A DNA stretch of 63,439 nt, counting the filler. It is 6 parts of 6 records of this genome, joined end to end, with 100 filler letters (N's around TTAATTAATTAA, not from the genome) between each part and the next. Parts side by side here need not be neighbours in the genome. Positions count along the whole stretch, not along the records: positions 23,703 to 51,710 come from SRR31147125_9710; 5 more parts are not named here. The stretch is one strand, 5' to 3'. Of the stretch, positions 24,279-34,776 are shown piece after piece. The position numbers and the translations under genes are program-made. The notes beneath the pieces were generated by a model, which was given only the letters and a program-made list of their open reading frames with translations, was not told the DNA's origin and ran no database searches. Within the stretch, counting starts at the first letter, position 1. Every line of letters begins with the position of its first letter.

Positions 24279-26072
24279 CTATTTCTTACGTAGCTTCTCG
24301 GCCAGCACCTCACTGGGCGCGGCGACGATGGTTTTATAATCCGTATAGGTGACCATGCCGGGCCGTCCGCCAGGCATCTTTTTAACGTACTTAACAAGCG
24401 CCGTGTCCACAGGGACCTTGCCGCTTTCCCGCGCCTGCGAAAACCATGCCGCCAGTGACGCGGCCTCCTCCAGCGTTTTGTCGTCGGTGTCGCCGCCGTT
24501 TGTGGAGATGATGACGTGGGAACCAGGAATTTTCTGCGCGTGCAGCCAAATATCCGTTTTAAACGCCTCCCGGTGTGTCAGGCGCTCGTTCTGGACGTTG
24601 TTGCGGCCAACAGCTATGTCAAACCCCGTGCTGGATATAAAGCGCATAGGCGACGATTCAGGCTGCTTCATCCGTTTGGCCGTCTTTCCGGGACGGCCTG
24701 TTTTGGCCTGCGCGGGCTGGCGGACATAACCGGTCTGTGCCAGCTCCTGCCGGATCTCAGCGAGGTCGCGCTCGCCTTCGGCGCGCGCTATTTCCTCCAG
24801 GACGCTTTTTAAATACGCCAGCTCCCGTTCACCCAGGGCAATCTGCTCCTGGAGCATATTTTCTGCCGTCTTGGCCTTCGTATAATCCTTATAGTATTTA
24901 CCGGCGTTCTGCTGCGGCGTCAGCTTCGGGTCCAGCCGGATTTCAACCTCGCCGCCCGTTTCAGAATAAAAGTCCTCCGCTTTGAGGACGGCCGTCCCCT
25001 TCTCTATTCGGTGCAGGTTGGCCGTTATGATATCACCCAGCTCTCGCAGGCGCTCACGATCCTTCGATTTATCGAGATCCATTCTCTGAAATTCCAGCTT
25101 GCGCTTCACACGGTCGTGCGCGATGCGCACCATTTTCGTCAGCATCAGAGACCGCTGCCGCATCCTTTCCGATGAAAAACGCCGCGTATAAAACGTCTCC
25201 AGCAGCGTGGAAAAATTGTCGGGGTTTTCCGTCCGCATCGCGTCGCCGTACTGGCGGATTGCCATAAACGAAAAATCAAACGGCTTGCCTTCAGGCTTCA
25301 GCAGCAATACCGGTTCAAAACGGTCGTCACGAATCTGGACCGTCAGGGTAAAAAGCGACGTAGCAAGCGCCTCGCCCCCGTCCTGTGTCAGGATATAACC
25401 CATACGGCTGTCGGTGTCGCCATACGCGCGTGAGACAAGCTCCCTCGCCACAAGCGGCGACAGCCCGGCGAACGTATCGATCAGCCATTTATCAGCCGCC
25501 TTGTCCGCCGATGCCTGGCGTATTAAGCTTATAACATCCTCGCGTTTAACCGACAACGGATCGCGTTTATCCTGCGGAGGCGGCAGATGGTAAAAAAGCC
25601 CCGGCAATACCTGCCGGCGCTCAGACATCGTGGTGTCAACACGGCGCAGGCAGTCGATAATCCGCCCGTCGGAATCGGTTAAAATAATATTGGAATACCG
25701 TCCCATGAGCTCGGCTATGAGATGCTTCTCTCCCGGCTCGCCCAGTGCGTCGACACACTCAAGTGTCAGGTCCACCGCGCGCTCCAAGGGCGGCTGTGTG
25801 ACGGATTTAATCCGCGCACCGCCCAGATGCTTTCGCAGCAGCATGCAGAACATCGGGGGACTTGCCGGATTTTCAAAAGAGGCATCGGTTAAATGCACGC
25901 GCGCGTCCCCTGTCCCGGCTGAAATCAAAAGGCGCTCAGACACGCCGGGGCCGCGCAGCGTGAACAAAAGCTGGTCGCGCTCCGGCTGTTGGATTTTATC
26001 AATCTTAAGGCCTGGAAGCTGACCTCCCAGCTCAGAAGCAAGAGCCGTTAAAAATATGGCATCGAGCGGCAT
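24279..26072 (-). CDS. rqcH: NFACT family ribosome quality-control protein RqcH (FbpA/Rqc2)
   Basis: MPLDA, PPMFCMLLRKHL, ELMGRYSNIIL, QQNA..YYK.Y.K, VGRNNVQNE, HAQKIPGSHV. Confidence 0.92.
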   Translation of the reverse strand: MPLDAIFLTALASELGGQLPGLKIDKIQQPERDQLLFTLRGPGVSERLLISAGTGDARVHLTDASFENPASPPMFCMLLRKHLGGARIKSVTQPPLERAVDLTLECVDALGEPGEKHLIAELMGRYSNIILTDSDGRIIDCLRRVDTTMSERRQVLPGLFYHLPPPQDKRDPLSVKREDVISLIRQASADKAADKWLIDTFAGLSPLVARELVSRAYGDTDSRMGYILTQDGGEALATSLFTLTVQIRDDRFEPVLLLKPEGKPFDFSFMAIRQYGDAMRTENPDNFSTLLETFYTRRFSSERMRQRSLMLTKMVRIAHDRVKRKLEFQRMDLDKSKDRERLRELGDIITANLHRIEKGTAVLKAEDFYSETGGEVEIRLDPKLTPQQNAGKYYKDYTKAKTAENMLQEQIALGERELAYLKSVLEEIARAEGERDLAEIRQELAQTGYVRQPAQAKTGRPGKTAKRMKQPESSPMRFISSTGFDIAVGRNNVQNERLTHREAFKTDIWLHAQKIPGSHVIISTNGGDTDDKTLEEAASLAAWFSQARESGKVPVDTALVKYVKKMPGGRPGMVTYTDYKTIVAAPSEVLAEKLRKK

Positions 26073-26073
26073 C

Positions 26074-26490
26074 TCAGTTCACCTGACTTTCATCCGAGAC
26101 GGCGATTTCAAACAGCTGGTTAAGCCGGTCGGTCCGGCCCTTTAAGTACAGGTAGCCAAAAAGCGTCTCAAAGCCGGTGGCCGAATGGTATTCACCCGGC
26201 GTCGCCCCGCGCGGCACGGAATGCACGCGCGCGTTACGCCCGCGACGGTATACATTGGCCTCCTCTTCTGTCAAAGACGCCATGAGCCGGTCGGTCGCCT
26301 GGGCCTGCGCGCCGGCCGACACATAGGTGACCGCTGCGCGATGAAGCCCCTTGGCCGTGGCGCGCCCGTTTTGGCACAGCCACGCGCGTACCATCAGCTC
26401 AAAAACGGCGTCGCCCATGTGCGCCAGCCCGAGCATGGATATGCCCTGTATTTCACTGTCCGTCATTTTTATCGAGAGGTAATCTTTCAT
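26074..26490 (-). CDS. mrnC: Mini-ribonuclease III
   Basis: LAHMGDAVFEL, YRRGRNA, ATGFETLFGYLYL; ATG at 26490 with GGAGA RBS. Confidence 0.9.
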   Translation of the reverse strand: MKDYLSIKMTDSEIQGISMLGLAHMGDAVFELMVRAWLCQNGRATAKGLHRAAVTYVSAGAQAQATDRLMASLTEEEANVYRRGRNARVHSVPRGATPGEYHSATGFETLFGYLYLKGRTDRLNQLFEIAVSDESQVN

Positions 26491-27364
26491 GTGTATCTCC
26501 GGAAGAATTTTTCGGTATTTTAGATTTCGTTTCATGGTATTTTCCCGAAACGCGCGGTCGGTTGTGATAAAATACGGTATTAAAAACGTTTCCCATAATG
26601 AGTATGATGCTGCAGATATAAACCCAGAACATGAGAATGATAAACGATGCCAGCGACCCATAAACAATCGGATAATTAACGGATGCCGAAATTAAACGTG
26701 AGAAGATAATACTGACCGCCACGAGCAGCACCGAGGCAATTGCGGCCCCAGGCAACCGCTTGACTTTCGTGTTTTCTTTCGGCGCCGTGATCTGATAGAT
26801 CACAAAGATAACGGTGAGCATGATGAGAAAGAGCACGGCAAAGCGCTCCCATTTCCAGATATCGAACAGCGCCGTCCCAAAAATCCGCTCGAGAAAGCTG
26901 AGCAGCCATTCGCCCGACAGAATCACGAGGCCCGAAACGTAAATGGCAACCATCAGGCCGATTGAAACCACAAGGCTGTAAAGCATTGCCCGGATTCCCG
27001 TATAGCGCGACTTGCCCTGGATATCGGCCATGATCCGCATAAGAGACCGAAACGCCGCCGACGACGACGTCAGCGTCACGATAATACCGACAACAACCAT
27101 AAACGTCGACCGGTTGCCGCCGACGTAGCTTAAATAGTCTAAAATGACGTCGGCCGCGTCGGGCGGAATGACATCCGCCAGAACCTTAATGATTTCATCC
27201 TGCGGAATACTCAGGCTTGATAGCACGGCATAAGCAACGATCAGGACCGGAAAAATCGACATCGTGAAGTAATAGGCCATTGCCGCGGCGCTTCTCGGAA
27301 CGCGCTGCTTAATATAGATTTCATGTATTCTCTTAGCCAGGCTAATTGCATTTTTCACGTTCAC
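26453..27364 (-). CDS. YihY/BrkB family membrane protein
   Basis: AAAMAYYFTMSIFP, PGA, YGSLASFIILMFWVY; GGAGG RBS. Confidence 0.88.
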   Translation of the reverse strand: MNVKNAISLAKRIHEIYIKQRVPRSAAAMAYYFTMSIFPVLIVAYAVLSSLSIPQDEIIKVLADVIPPDAADVILDYLSYVGGNRSTFMVVVGIIVTLTSSSAAFRSLMRIMADIQGKSRYTGIRAMLYSLVVSIGLMVAIYVSGLVILSGEWLLSFLERIFGTALFDIWKWERFAVLFLIMLTVIFVIYQITAPKENTKVKRLPGAAIASVLLVAVSIIFSRLISASVNYPIVYGSLASFIILMFWVYICSIILIMGNVFNTVFYHNRPRVSGKYHETKSKIPKNSSGDTHERLPLDKNDGQ

Positions 27365-27386
27365 ACCTCCAGGTACCTTTAAAACG

Positions 27387-27415
27387 CGGGACGGGCAAAA
27401 CGACTGCCCGTCCCG
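27387..27415 (-). terminator. Hairpin terminator upstream of yihY
   Basis: CGGGACGGGCA / TGCCCGTCCCG 11-bp stem, short T run on minus strand. Confidence 0.6.
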
Positions 27416-27540
27416 TCCTCGTTAAAGCCTGTCAGCCTCATTTTTTGCAATGTGCGTGTTTTTTATAGCATCGGGTTTCCGTTTTTCTTCTTGGCTACCA
27501 GCGGAGTATGCAAATAATGCATAGGTTCGGTTCATTTGAG

Positions 27541-27566
27541 TATTCCCCGCCGATGGCGGGGGAATA
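27541..27566 (-). terminator. Hairpin after ftsZ
   Basis: TATTCCCCGCC-gat-GGCGGGGGAATA. Confidence 0.55.
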
Positions 27567-27593
27567 TTTCATAACCGGCGTTAACCGTCGCTT

Positions 27594-28727
27594 TTATTTT
27601 GAATTAAAAATCTTGAAGATCGTATCAAACGGATCCTCTTCCTCCGGTTCGGGTTCCGGCTCCGGCTCTTTTTCTGTCATTTCCGCATCCTTCTTTTCAG
27701 CCGCCTCCGTATACAGGCCCGCGCCGAAGGGCAGCTTTTCCTCTTCAAGATACGGCGTGTACGCGTGCGGCTTTTCCTCAAAACGCGTAGCGATAACCGT
27801 CACGCGGATTTCATCCTCCATCGTCTCGTCAAACGTTGCGCCAAAGATGATGTTGGCATCGGCATGCGCCGCTTCCTGAACCAGGCTGGCCGCCATCTCG
27901 ACATCCTCCAGACCAATGTCAAGGGAACCGGTGATATTGACAAGCACGCCCTTTGCGCCCTCGATGGACGTTTCCATGAGCGGACTTGATACAGCCTGCT
28001 TGGCCGCGTCCTCCGCCTTGTTTTTGCCGGCAGCATGTCCCACGCCCATATGCGCAAAGCCCGCATCCTTCATAATGGTTGTAACGTCGGCGAAATCCAG
28101 ATTAATGAATCCCGTGTTTTTAATAAGCTCCGATATGCTCGTGACAGCCTGACGCAGAACATCGTCGGCGATGGCAAAGGCGTTGGCAAACGTCAGCTTC
28201 TGATCGGTGGCAAACTTCAAACGGTCGTTTGGAATAATGAGCAGTGAATCAACCTTGCTCAGAAGGTTTTTAATGCCCTCCTCGGCCTGCTGCATACGGC
28301 GTTTTCCCTCAAAGCTAAAGGGCTTTGTGACAACGCCGACGGTAAGTATGCCGGCCTCTCGGGCAATATCCGCCACGATCGGCGACGCGCCGGTACCGGT
28401 GCCGCCGCCCATGCCGCCGGCGATGAATACCATGTCGGCATCCTCAAGCGCCTTGGCAATATTGTTGCGGCTTTCCTCCGCCGCCTTTTTTCCCATCTCG
28501 GGGTTGGAGCCTGCCCCTTGTCCGTGCGTCAGCTTTTCGCCGATCTGTATCTTCTGGTCCGCGTTCGATACGCCAAGCGCAGGCTTGTCCGTATTGATCG
28601 CGAGAAATTCAACACCTTGTGTACCGGCCTCAACCATCCTGTTGACGACATTGTTGCCGGCGCCGCCGACACCGGCGACCTTGATCACAACGACATTATC
28701 CGGACCGCTTTCGAGTGAAAACGACAT
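27594..28727 (-). CDS. ftsZ: Cell division protein FtsZ
   Basis: [18 protein letters not shown] tubulin signature, INLDFADV. Confidence 0.98.
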   Translation of the reverse strand: MSFSLESGPDNVVVIKVAGVGGAGNNVVNRMVEAGTQGVEFLAINTDKPALGVSNADQKIQIGEKLTHGQGAGSNPEMGKKAAEESRNNIAKALEDADMVFIAGGMGGGTGTGASPIVADIAREAGILTVGVVTKPFSFEGKRRMQQAEEGIKNLLSKVDSLLIIPNDRLKFATDQKLTFANAFAIADDVLRQAVTSISELIKNTGFINLDFADVTTIMKDAGFAHMGVGHAAGKNKAEDAAKQAVSSPLMETSIEGAKGVLVNITGSLDIGLEDVEMAASLVQEAAHADANIIFGATFDETMEDEIRVTVIATRFEEKPHAYTPYLEEEKLPFGAGLYTEAAEKKDAEMTEKEPEPEPEPEEEDPFDTIFKIFNSK

Positions 28728-28840
28728 ATGATGATCCTCCTGTATACGAAATATGCTTAAAAAGCAATTATTACGCCTATTTACGCAGTGTTTTTGTATA
28801 TAGTTAATGATTTTTATACATTAATTTAATATTAATGTAC

Positions 28841-28869
28841 ATTTTATAACGATTTTCCATTCAGGTCAA
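28841..28869 (-). promoter_or_regulatory. Sigma-A-type promoter for ftsZ
   Basis: TTGACC-17 nt-TAAAAT on minus strand. Confidence 0.6.
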
Positions 28870-28965
28870 TAGTTCACATAATTTAATTGACGTTTTAGAC
28901 GTATATTACCAATATGTCCAAACTTAACTGCAGGGGCTTGTCCGTCCGGCCCTGCCGGCCTGTGC

Positions 28966-29718
28966 TCACTGCTCAGGTATAAAGCGCCCCATTCCATCCT
29001 CTGATACGTCAATACGGCCCACGTCCGTTTCAGTACATGTATCGTAAATACTCAGCATCCAGGAAAGTTTACTGTCGGCATTTTCTCCGCTGCCCATCGT
29101 AACGGTGATACGGCCTTTATAATCAAACGTAATATTGGCTATATTCGATACGTCCAGCATCGACACATCCGAATCAATACCGGCATTTTCGATGGCATAC
29201 AGCACATCGGTCAGATACTTGAACTTCGTCTCCTCTCCCTCGTCCGTTACGATAGTCTCGCCGACTCCCAGCGCTGTAATGGTCAAACCGCTGACTTTGA
29301 TTTTTTCTGCCGAGCCCAGGTTGTCTGTTTTTTCAAGCACACGGGCCGACTGGTCTATAACCCACCACTCTCCGTCGTATCGGACAACGGCCAGCGGGCG
29401 GCTCTCGGTGACAGCTATCTTAATCGTATCCGGCATTGTTTTCTCAATGACGACGGAGTTTAAAAACGGCAGGTTGGACTTTATGGTCCGTTCGACTTTT
29501 TTGGTATCGATAAAGAACAAATTGTCACCGGTCTTGATGCCTGATACGGACAATATCCGATCCACTGAATATTTTTCCGCGCCCGTTACGTCGATGGTCG
29601 TGACGCGGAAAAAAACGCTCACCCCGAAAATAGCAATGATAACAATCAGAAGCAAGGCGACGGGGGTATAAATGGCTGCGCCGCGCCGTTTTCGTCTTCT
29701 TCTATTATCTTTCGTCAT
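28966..29718 (-). CDS. ftsQ: Cell division protein FtsQ/DivIB
   Basis: Basic N-terminus, one TM, POTRA-like region (IDVTG, GDNLF, PDTIKI.V.E); upstream of ftsZ. Confidence 0.85.
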   Translation of the reverse strand: MTKDNRRRRKRRGAAIYTPVALLLIVIIAIFGVSVFFRVTTIDVTGAEKYSVDRILSVSGIKTGDNLFFIDTKKVERTIKSNLPFLNSVVIEKTMPDTIKIAVTESRPLAVVRYDGEWWVIDQSARVLEKTDNLGSAEKIKVSGLTITALGVGETIVTDEGEETKFKYLTDVLYAIENAGIDSDVSMLDVSNIANITFDYKGRITVTMGSGENADSKLSWMLSIYDTCTETDVGRIDVSEDGMGRFIPEQ

Positions 29719-29763
29719 TCAAGGCTCCCCTTTGAATTCACATTCAGAAGGGCGAACGTGAAT

Positions 29764-31023
29764 TCAATCTATTCTTAAGGCATTTGCGCCGAGCGACGTC
29801 AAGACGCTGGCAATGTCGTCATATCCCCTGTCGATATGCGTAACGCCGGATATTTCCGTTAAACCCTCGGCGCCGAGCGCCGCGACAATGAGCGCCGCAC
29901 CCCCGCGCAGATCGGTCGCTGTAAGCGGCGCGCCGAAAAGTCTTTTCACACCGCTGACAATGGCAACGCGGCCCTCTGTTTTGACATCCGCGCCCATACG
30001 CTGTAATTCTGCAACATGGCGGAATCTGTTTTCAAAAATGTTTTCGACGAAAACGGTTGTGCCTTCCGCTTTCAAACTGGCAGCCATGACAGGCGGCTGC
30101 GCATCTGTCGGAAATCCTGGATACGGCCGCGTGATAATCGGCCGCACGGCCTTGAGCGGCCGGTCGGATTTGATTACAATCGTATCTTTACCCGTTTTCA
30201 GCTCGCATCCCATTTCCATCAGGACATCCGTCACCGTTACGACATGCCCGGGACAGACACCGGTCAGCTCAATTTCCCCGCCGGCTGCTGCTGCGGATGA
30301 GAGATAGGTTGCCGCGACAATGCGGTCCGGGATCACCCAATGCTCCGTACTTGTTTTAGGCGACGTCCCCTCTATGGTTACGACGGACGTGCCGGCGCCG
30401 TGCACATTGACGCCCAGCCGTCGCAGATAGCTTTGCAGGTCCCAAATCTCCGGTTCGCAGGCGGCGTTCGTAATGATCGTCGTCCCGTCACAATTTGAGG
30501 CGGCCAGCATCGCATTCTCTGTAGCGCCCACGCTCGGAAACGCCAGATTAATACGGCAGCCCTTAAGCTTTGTGGCCCGGCATGTAATCTTTCCGGCCTC
30601 CTCGGTAATTTCAGCACCCATAGCCCGAAGCGCCGATAAATGCAGATCGATCGGCCTTGGTCCCAGCTCGCACCCGCCGGGCATGGATAAAACCGCTTCG
30701 CCGAGCCGCGCCAATATTGCACCGAGGAAAATAACGGACGAGCGCATTTCCCGCATAAGCTCATGCGGTATATTGCTTCGCTCAATCGTCGTCGTGTCAA
30801 TAACGACTTTTTCACCCTCGCGCCGGACCTTGCATCCCAGATAAGCCAATATACGAGTTGCAGCGTCTACGTCGCTCAGATCCGGACAATTATGTATAAC
30901 GGTTTCACCGCAGGCCAGAAGGGACGCGGCAAGAATCGGCAGTACGCTGTTTTTTGCGCCATGTACGGAAACGCTGCCGTAAAGCCGTTTACCGCCCTCG
31001 ATTTGTAGCATGCTCATAGTCAA
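29764..31023 (-). CDS. murA: UDP-N-acetylglucosamine 1-carboxyvinyltransferase
   Basis: GAKNSVLPILAA, PGGCELGPRPIDLH, SVGATEN, YPGFPTDAQ, TDLRGGA. Confidence 0.96.
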   Translation of the reverse strand: MTMSMLQIEGGKRLYGSVSVHGAKNSVLPILAASLLACGETVIHNCPDLSDVDAATRILAYLGCKVRREGEKVVIDTTTIERSNIPHELMREMRSSVIFLGAILARLGEAVLSMPGGCELGPRPIDLHLSALRAMGAEITEEAGKITCRATKLKGCRINLAFPSVGATENAMLAASNCDGTTIITNAACEPEIWDLQSYLRRLGVNVHGAGTSVVTIEGTSPKTSTEHWVIPDRIVAATYLSSAAAAGGEIELTGVCPGHVVTVTDVLMEMGCELKTGKDTIVIKSDRPLKAVRPIITRPYPGFPTDAQPPVMAASLKAEGTTVFVENIFENRFRHVAELQRMGADVKTEGRVAIVSGVKRLFGAPLTATDLRGGAALIVAALGAEGLTEISGVTHIDRGYDDIASVLTSLGANALRID

Positions 31024-31088
31024 CCCCCGAAAACAGCAAATATATATTCGTATGCCGTATACTATGTCCAGAGGCTGTCTAAAGTTAA

Positions 31089-32210
31089 TCAGTTGAGATT
31101 TAATATGAGTTTAACAATTTTATCGGACGCGTCGCGTACGCCGGCGTTGCGCATGGCGTCAGACATTGACACCAGCTGAGCCTTATCACTCAGCAGCTGT
31201 TCCACCGTTTTATAGAGCGACTCGGAGGTGCAGTCCTGCTCACGGAGTACAAGCGCACCGCCGGCTTTTTTAAGCAAAAGCGCGTTCTTTTCCTGGTGAT
31301 TGTTCGTCACATACGGCGACGGCACAAAAACAGCCGGCCGCCCCATAAAAGTCAGTTCCGCGACGGTTGACGCGCCGGCCCGGCATAAAACAAGATCCGC
31401 AGCGGCCATAACGGCCGGCATATTATCAATATACGTCCGGATATCAATCCAGCGCGGCAGCGTATACCCCGATGCATGCCCGCTGACCTTTTTTTTCAGC
31501 TGGGCGGTTGTTTCCTCACTGCCGCCAGTGGCGTGGATATGGTTGAACAGCCGGTTATCGAGGTTAAAACGGATAAAATCAGCAATAACGCTGTTCATAT
31601 GCTCCGCGCCGAGCGAACCCCAAAACGATACGACGAGCGGCCGCCCGTCAACGCCAAGCTTGAGGCGAGCTGCATCCTTTCCCCATCGTAAAAAATCACC
31701 GCGGACAGGCGTACCCGTGTACAGCACCCGCTTTGGATCATTATAGAGCTCCTTGACATCGGGAAACGCCACCAAGACGCGGTCGACAATGCCGGAGAGC
31801 ATCTTCGTGGACAGACCGGGAACAGCATTGGACTCATGTATATAAGTAGGGATATGCCGCCGAGCCGCCGTTTTAAGCACGGGATAGCATACATAACCGC
31901 CGGTGCCGACAGCCACATCCGGTTTGAAGCTTCTTATAATCTCAGACGCCTGTGCTTTGGCGGTAGCCAGTCCGCCGACTGTTTTAATGTTTCTTAGTAT
32001 ACTGGCCGGCGTGAAGCTCCGTTCCAGGCCGCTGACCCGAATGTTTTTCAATGTATAGCCGGCTTCAGGTATCAGCTTTTTTTCCATACGCCGTCCCGAG
32101 CCGACAAAAAGAATCTCCGCGCCGGGCATGTACCGCTTAAACGCGTCCGCCAGTGCCAGTGCCGGATTGATATGACCGGCCGTACCGCCGCATGTAAAAA
32201 GTATTTTCAT
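31089..32210 (-). CDS. murG: Lipid I N-acetylglucosaminyltransferase
   Basis: GGTAGHINP, GTGGYV, HESNAVPG, GSLGA, RAGAST, HQEKNA. Confidence 0.96.
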   Translation of the reverse strand: MKILFTCGGTAGHINPALALADAFKRYMPGAEILFVGSGRRMEKKLIPEAGYTLKNIRVSGLERSFTPASILRNIKTVGGLATAKAQASEIIRSFKPDVAVGTGGYVCYPVLKTAARRHIPTYIHESNAVPGLSTKMLSGIVDRVLVAFPDVKELYNDPKRVLYTGTPVRGDFLRWGKDAARLKLGVDGRPLVVSFWGSLGAEHMNSVIADFIRFNLDNRLFNHIHATGGSEETTAQLKKKVSGHASGYTLPRWIDIRTYIDNMPAVMAAADLVLCRAGASTVAELTFMGRPAVFVPSPYVTNNHQEKNALLLKKAGGALVLREQDCTSESLYKTVEQLLSDKAQLVSMSDAMRNAGVRDASDKIVKLILNLN

Positions 32211-32404
32211 ATTGACCTCGTATGCGCTCAGAACTCAAATTATCGGGATATTTCCCACGAACGGCGGTATATGATCATTGTTTTTGGTTCGCCGTTTGAA
32301 GATCGAAAAACGCAGAATGCGGTTGCAATGGGCTTTTACATATGTATCAAAGCTAATTATAACAGATGCGGCAGATAAAATAAACCCTGCTGACCTAAGC
32401 GCCG

Positions 32405-33601
32405 CTACCCGGCTTTGACAATCGGTATATCCCGGGAAGCCGATAAAATGATCCCCATCTCAACCAGCTGTATCCATAGCGCCGTACCGCCGGAGCTGAA
32501 AAATGGCAGCGATATACCTGTGGCCGGCAGCAGATTTGTCACAACGCCGACGTTCAGGAATACCTGAAGCGCTAAAAGACTCGTCAGTCCCGTTACCACA
32601 AGTGAGCTGTACCGGTCTTTGGCATGAAGCGCCAGCCAGAAGCCCCGCACGATCAAAAGCGCAAACAGCAGCAGAATGAGAATAGCGCCGATATAACCGA
32701 GCTCCTCGCAGATAATGGAAAAGATATAGTCGTTATGCTCCTCGGGCAGATACAGATACTTTTGCCGGCTTTGCCCAATACCCTGCCCCATGAGTCCGCC
32801 CGAGCCGATCGCGTACAGAGACTGGAGAATTTGATAACCCCTGTCGCCCGGATCACTTTCGGGATGACGCCATGCCGTCACGCGCTCGGCGGCGTAATCC
32901 AGCTGGGTAAGCGTTATGTAGGCAACGGCCGCAACAACAAGAAACGCGATGGCAAACCATCTGATGCGCGTGCCGCCGGCAAACATCATAATTCCGGCGA
33001 TGAGGACAATGATAACGGAAGCCGACAGATGCGGTTCCAGATATAAGAGTCCGACGATTAAAACCACGACAAGCACAAAGGGCAAAACGCCGAATTTAAA
33101 CGTCTTCATCTTATTCTTATACACGCAAATCATATTCGCGAAGAGTAATATCTCCGCAAGCTTTGCAATCTCCGACGGCTGAAACTGTGTAAAACCAAGA
33201 TCCAACCACCGTGTGGATCCGTTAACCTCCTTTCCTACAAGGGGAACAGCTGCCAGCAGCACAATGGAAATGATAAATAACGGCAGCGCCATACGCATAT
33301 AAAAGGACAGCCGTATCCGGGAGACAACAAACATCAGCGCAACACCCGTCACAGCAAATATCGTCTGCGATGTAAAATATTTCATCGGGTTTCCTTCGGT
33401 GTAATACGAGCGTGCAAAGCTCGCCGACAAAACCATGACGACACCGATGGTTAAAAGCACAAGGGTCAGCGCCAAAAACGGCAGGTCGACGCTGGCACGC
33501 TTGGTCATTTTTTCGACGCGGTAATCATCCAGCCGGCGTGTGTTGGCGTTGATTCTTTGTGTCCCGGCCGTCGTCGACAGCCCGGCCTGATAAGTTTTCA
33601 T
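32405..33601 (-). CDS. ftsW: SEDS protein FtsW/SpoVE
   Basis: NGSTRW, QPSEIAK, GYQILQSLYAIGSGG, LPEEHNDYIF, GISLPFFSSGG; ATG at 33601 with GGAGG RBS. Confidence 0.93.
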   Translation of the reverse strand: MKTYQAGLSTTAGTQRINANTRRLDDYRVEKMTKRASVDLPFLALTLVLLTIGVVMVLSASFARSYYTEGNPMKYFTSQTIFAVTGVALMFVVSRIRLSFYMRMALPLFIISIVLLAAVPLVGKEVNGSTRWLDLGFTQFQPSEIAKLAEILLFANMICVYKNKMKTFKFGVLPFVLVVVLIVGLLYLEPHLSASVIIVLIAGIMMFAGGTRIRWFAIAFLVVAAVAYITLTQLDYAAERVTAWRHPESDPGDRGYQILQSLYAIGSGGLMGQGIGQSRQKYLYLPEEHNDYIFSIICEELGYIGAILILLLFALLIVRGFWLALHAKDRYSSLVVTGLTSLLALQVFLNVGVVTNLLPATGISLPFFSSGGTALWIQLVEMGIILSASRDIPIVKAG

Positions 33602-33710
33602 GGCGCGTCCTCCCGGGGAATACCCTATGTTAACCACTGCTTGCTATACGTCTTCCGGCTTTCAGACGGGTCATCGTCTTTCGATGCCGAATTAATTAAT
33701 ATCCAGTCTT

Positions 33711-34721
33711 TTAAATGCCAAATCTCGTACTCACTGAAAAGAACGATATCACCGCAAATATGGCCGAAATAAACGTAAATACAAAAAACAGCCGGTATTC
33801 GCTCCAGCCGCTCATCTCCAGATGGTGATGCAGCGGAGCCATTTTAAATATACGTTTTTTTCCTTGAGTCATTTTATAGCCAATAACCTGTATGATATCG
33901 GAGAGCGTCTCAACGATATATATGATACCAAGCGGAATTAAGACAAGCGGAATATCCATGGAAAACGCCAGCGCACAGACAGCGCCGCCTAAAAAGAGCG
34001 AGCCCGTATCTCCCATAAATACACGCGCCGGATGAAAATTAAAAAGAAGAAAGCCCACCAAACCGCCGCACAGTGCCGCGGCAAATATGCCGAGACTCCA
34101 TAACTCCCAAACAAACGCGACAGCCATAAAGCAAACGGCTACCGGAACGGTTACGCCGGTAACAAGCCCGTCGACGCCATCGGTAATATTAACCGAGTTA
34201 ACAGTGCCGACAATAATGAAAGCCATTAGGATGAAATAAAGCGGTTCTGAGATCGGTTTTGTTATGTTTAAAAACGGGAAATAAAGATTGGGTGTTAAAT
34301 AACCGGTCAGTCGCATGAGCAGTACGAAGACCACAGCCGCCACAAGCTGCAGCAGAAATTTCTGCAGCGCCGTCAGCCCGAGGTTTCTTTTTTTAACCAG
34401 CTTCTGATAGTCGTCCAGAAATCCGATAAATGCAAATATCAGCGCAAAACCCAAAACATAGATATGTCCAAAATCGCCTTGGCGCAGCTCGTCAAAGCCA
34501 ATGACAAAGCAAGCTGCCGTAATGCCTATAATGAACATCAGCCCGCCCATCGTCGGCGTACCCTGCTTGCTTCTGTGCCAAACCGGCCCGTCCTCACGGA
34601 TAGATTGGCCGGCTTTTTTTCGTCTTAGAAGCGGCACTAAGACAAGACCCACAATGGCCGTTACGCCCAGCGAGAGCAGAAAAGATGATAAAAGCCTTAA
34701 AATCATAAGGTTTCCTCTCAC
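33711..34721 (-). CDS. mraY: Phospho-N-acetylmuramoyl-pentapeptide transferase
   Basis: GTPTMGG, GFLDD, NSVNITDGVDGL, FMGDTGS, APLHHHLE. Confidence 0.96.
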   Translation of the reverse strand: MRGNLMILRLLSSFLLSLGVTAIVGLVLVPLLRRKKAGQSIREDGPVWHRSKQGTPTMGGLMFIIGITAACFVIGFDELRQGDFGHIYVLGFALIFAFIGFLDDYQKLVKKRNLGLTALQKFLLQLVAAVVFVLLMRLTGYLTPNLYFPFLNITKPISEPLYFILMAFIIVGTVNSVNITDGVDGLVTGVTVPVAVCFMAVAFVWELWSLGIFAAALCGGLVGFLLFNFHPARVFMGDTGSLFLGGAVCALAFSMDIPLVLIPLGIIYIVETLSDIIQVIGYKMTQGKKRIFKMAPLHHHLEMSGWSEYRLFFVFTFISAIFAVISFFSVSTRFGI

Positions 34722-34776
34722 ATAAAAAGATGCGGTGCTGACCGGTCAGTATCGGATTTGACCGCCGCGTCTATTA

